In this document: piece after piece, positions 63,334 through 64,000 of the stretch | Position numbering within the stretch: position 1 is the first letter of the stretch | How the letters are laid out: the number at the start of each line of letters is the position of its first letter | From: an uncultured bacterium | GTDB taxonomy: Bacteria > Zixibacteria > MSB-5A5 > CAIYYT01 | Direction: 5' to 3' | Length of the DNA stretch: 64,000 nucleotides | NCBI GenBank assembly: GCA_963726455.1 | Contig: CAVSCK010000004.1 | Location: 704,001-768,000, forward strand | Program-made: the position numbers and the translations under genes | The notes under the pieces: generated by a model | Database searches by the model: none | What the model saw: only the letters and a program-made list of their open reading frames with translations | Told to the model about the DNA's origin: nothing

Positions 63334-64000
63334 CTAATTTCCACCTTCCATCGAGATCGGTCTGATCTCCATGGTGTCGGGCGAAACGGGCTGTATCGGC
63401 TTTTGGGTAGCCGTGCTCAGACTGTCAAGAGTGGTCTTGAGGTTGTCAAAACTCGGTTCTACATTAACCGGTTTCTTCGCCTTGCCGGAAGCAAACAACA
63501 CTTGCAGGAAATTTCGCTTGGTCGCATCATGTTTGTACTTGGCATACCAGGGTTTGATATTGTCGATGAAATCCGATTTAACCTGCGACATGACTTTTGC
63601 GTTGCCAAGTTCCTGCCGAACCTGGGTGAGCGTGATATTCGTGTCGGAGAAAACAGAATTGATTTCGGCTAGCAGTGAATCGCGCCGGAACACCTCGTAC
63701 TTCGAGGATTGTTCGAGTTGCGCATAGTTCTTGTTCAGCTCCTCAACCTTGCGCGTCAACCCGGCGATATTCTTTGATGCTTTTTGATTTTGTTCAGTGA
63801 GTGTCTGAATCTTTTCGTTCGCGTTACCCCCAAGCTGCATCACCACCTGCAAGCTGTCCGACTTTGCGGCCAGTTGCATGCGTATGGCCGTGAGACTATC
63901 TGATTGGGCGGTGATCTGTGACGTCGCCTGTTGATAGCGCGTCTCCAGCTCCTTGTTCGAGCACCCGCTCACGGCAAGCAGTGTCGTCAATCCGACGACA
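63334..64000 (-). CDS. Coiled-coil lipoprotein (5' end probably outside window)
   Basis: Lipobox LAVSGC followed by long heptad-rich helices. Confidence 0.7.
   Translation of the reverse strand, partial: VVGLTTLLAVSGCSNKELETRYQQATSQITAQSDSLTAIRMQLAAKSDSLQVVMQLGGNANEKIQTLTEQNQKASKNIAGLTRKVEELNKNYAQLEQSSKYEVFRRDSLLAEINSVFSDTNITLTQVRQELGNAKVMSQVKSDFIDNIKPWYAKYKHDATKRNFLQVLFASGKAKKPVNVEPSFDNLKTTLDSLSTATQKPIQPVSPDTMEIRPISMEGGN

Noticed and set aside
62505-63344. Long antisense ORFs (also 343-1113, 3890-4588, 18683-19468, 24539-25309, 40538-41302)
   Set aside because: They are shadows of well-supported genes on the opposite strand, expected at this GC content.

Overview
64 kb of a moderately GC-rich bacterial chromosome, most likely candidate division Zixibacteria (FCB-related). 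This is inferred from a C-terminal 'DAxCDxAVDISDxVYLIxxIFSGGPAP' dockerin repeat, 'MQPDDDKT'-type kinase-TPR genes and a PorX homologue. About 44 kb is core genome: prfB, pta, a YbhG/F/S/R-like ABC exporter, and minus-strand runs ffh-rpsP-khpA-rimM-trmD-rplS-[epimerase]-rnhB-yraN and yicC-gmk-rpoZ-topA-xerC-hslVU-glycan genes-serS-HK-porX-tsaE-tsaB/rimI-accD-folC-2 HKs-ntrC. The last 20 kb is accessory: a secreted amidase, a tandem Ser/Thr kinase-TPR array, bfr, aqpZ, envelope proteins and a large dockerin-bearing surface protein. Many single-base frameshifts fall in conserved genes and are most simply long-read consensus errors. Most interesting: (1) a PorX-type REC-PglZ phosphodiesterase directly coupled to a membrane histidine kinase and to tsaE/tsaB; (2) a cytoplasmic GAF-kinase/NtrC cascade beside a perfect sigma-54 promoter driving a degenerate GGDEF protein; (3) a kinase-TPR cassette array with conserved heads and divergent tails; (4) three genes whose apparent starts are ATC/ATA behind SD motifs; (5) a family of REP-like palindromes, two of which bracket a gene inserted between rplS and rnhB. 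No rRNA, tRNA, CRISPR array or transposase was seen. All family calls come from reading motifs; no database search was run.
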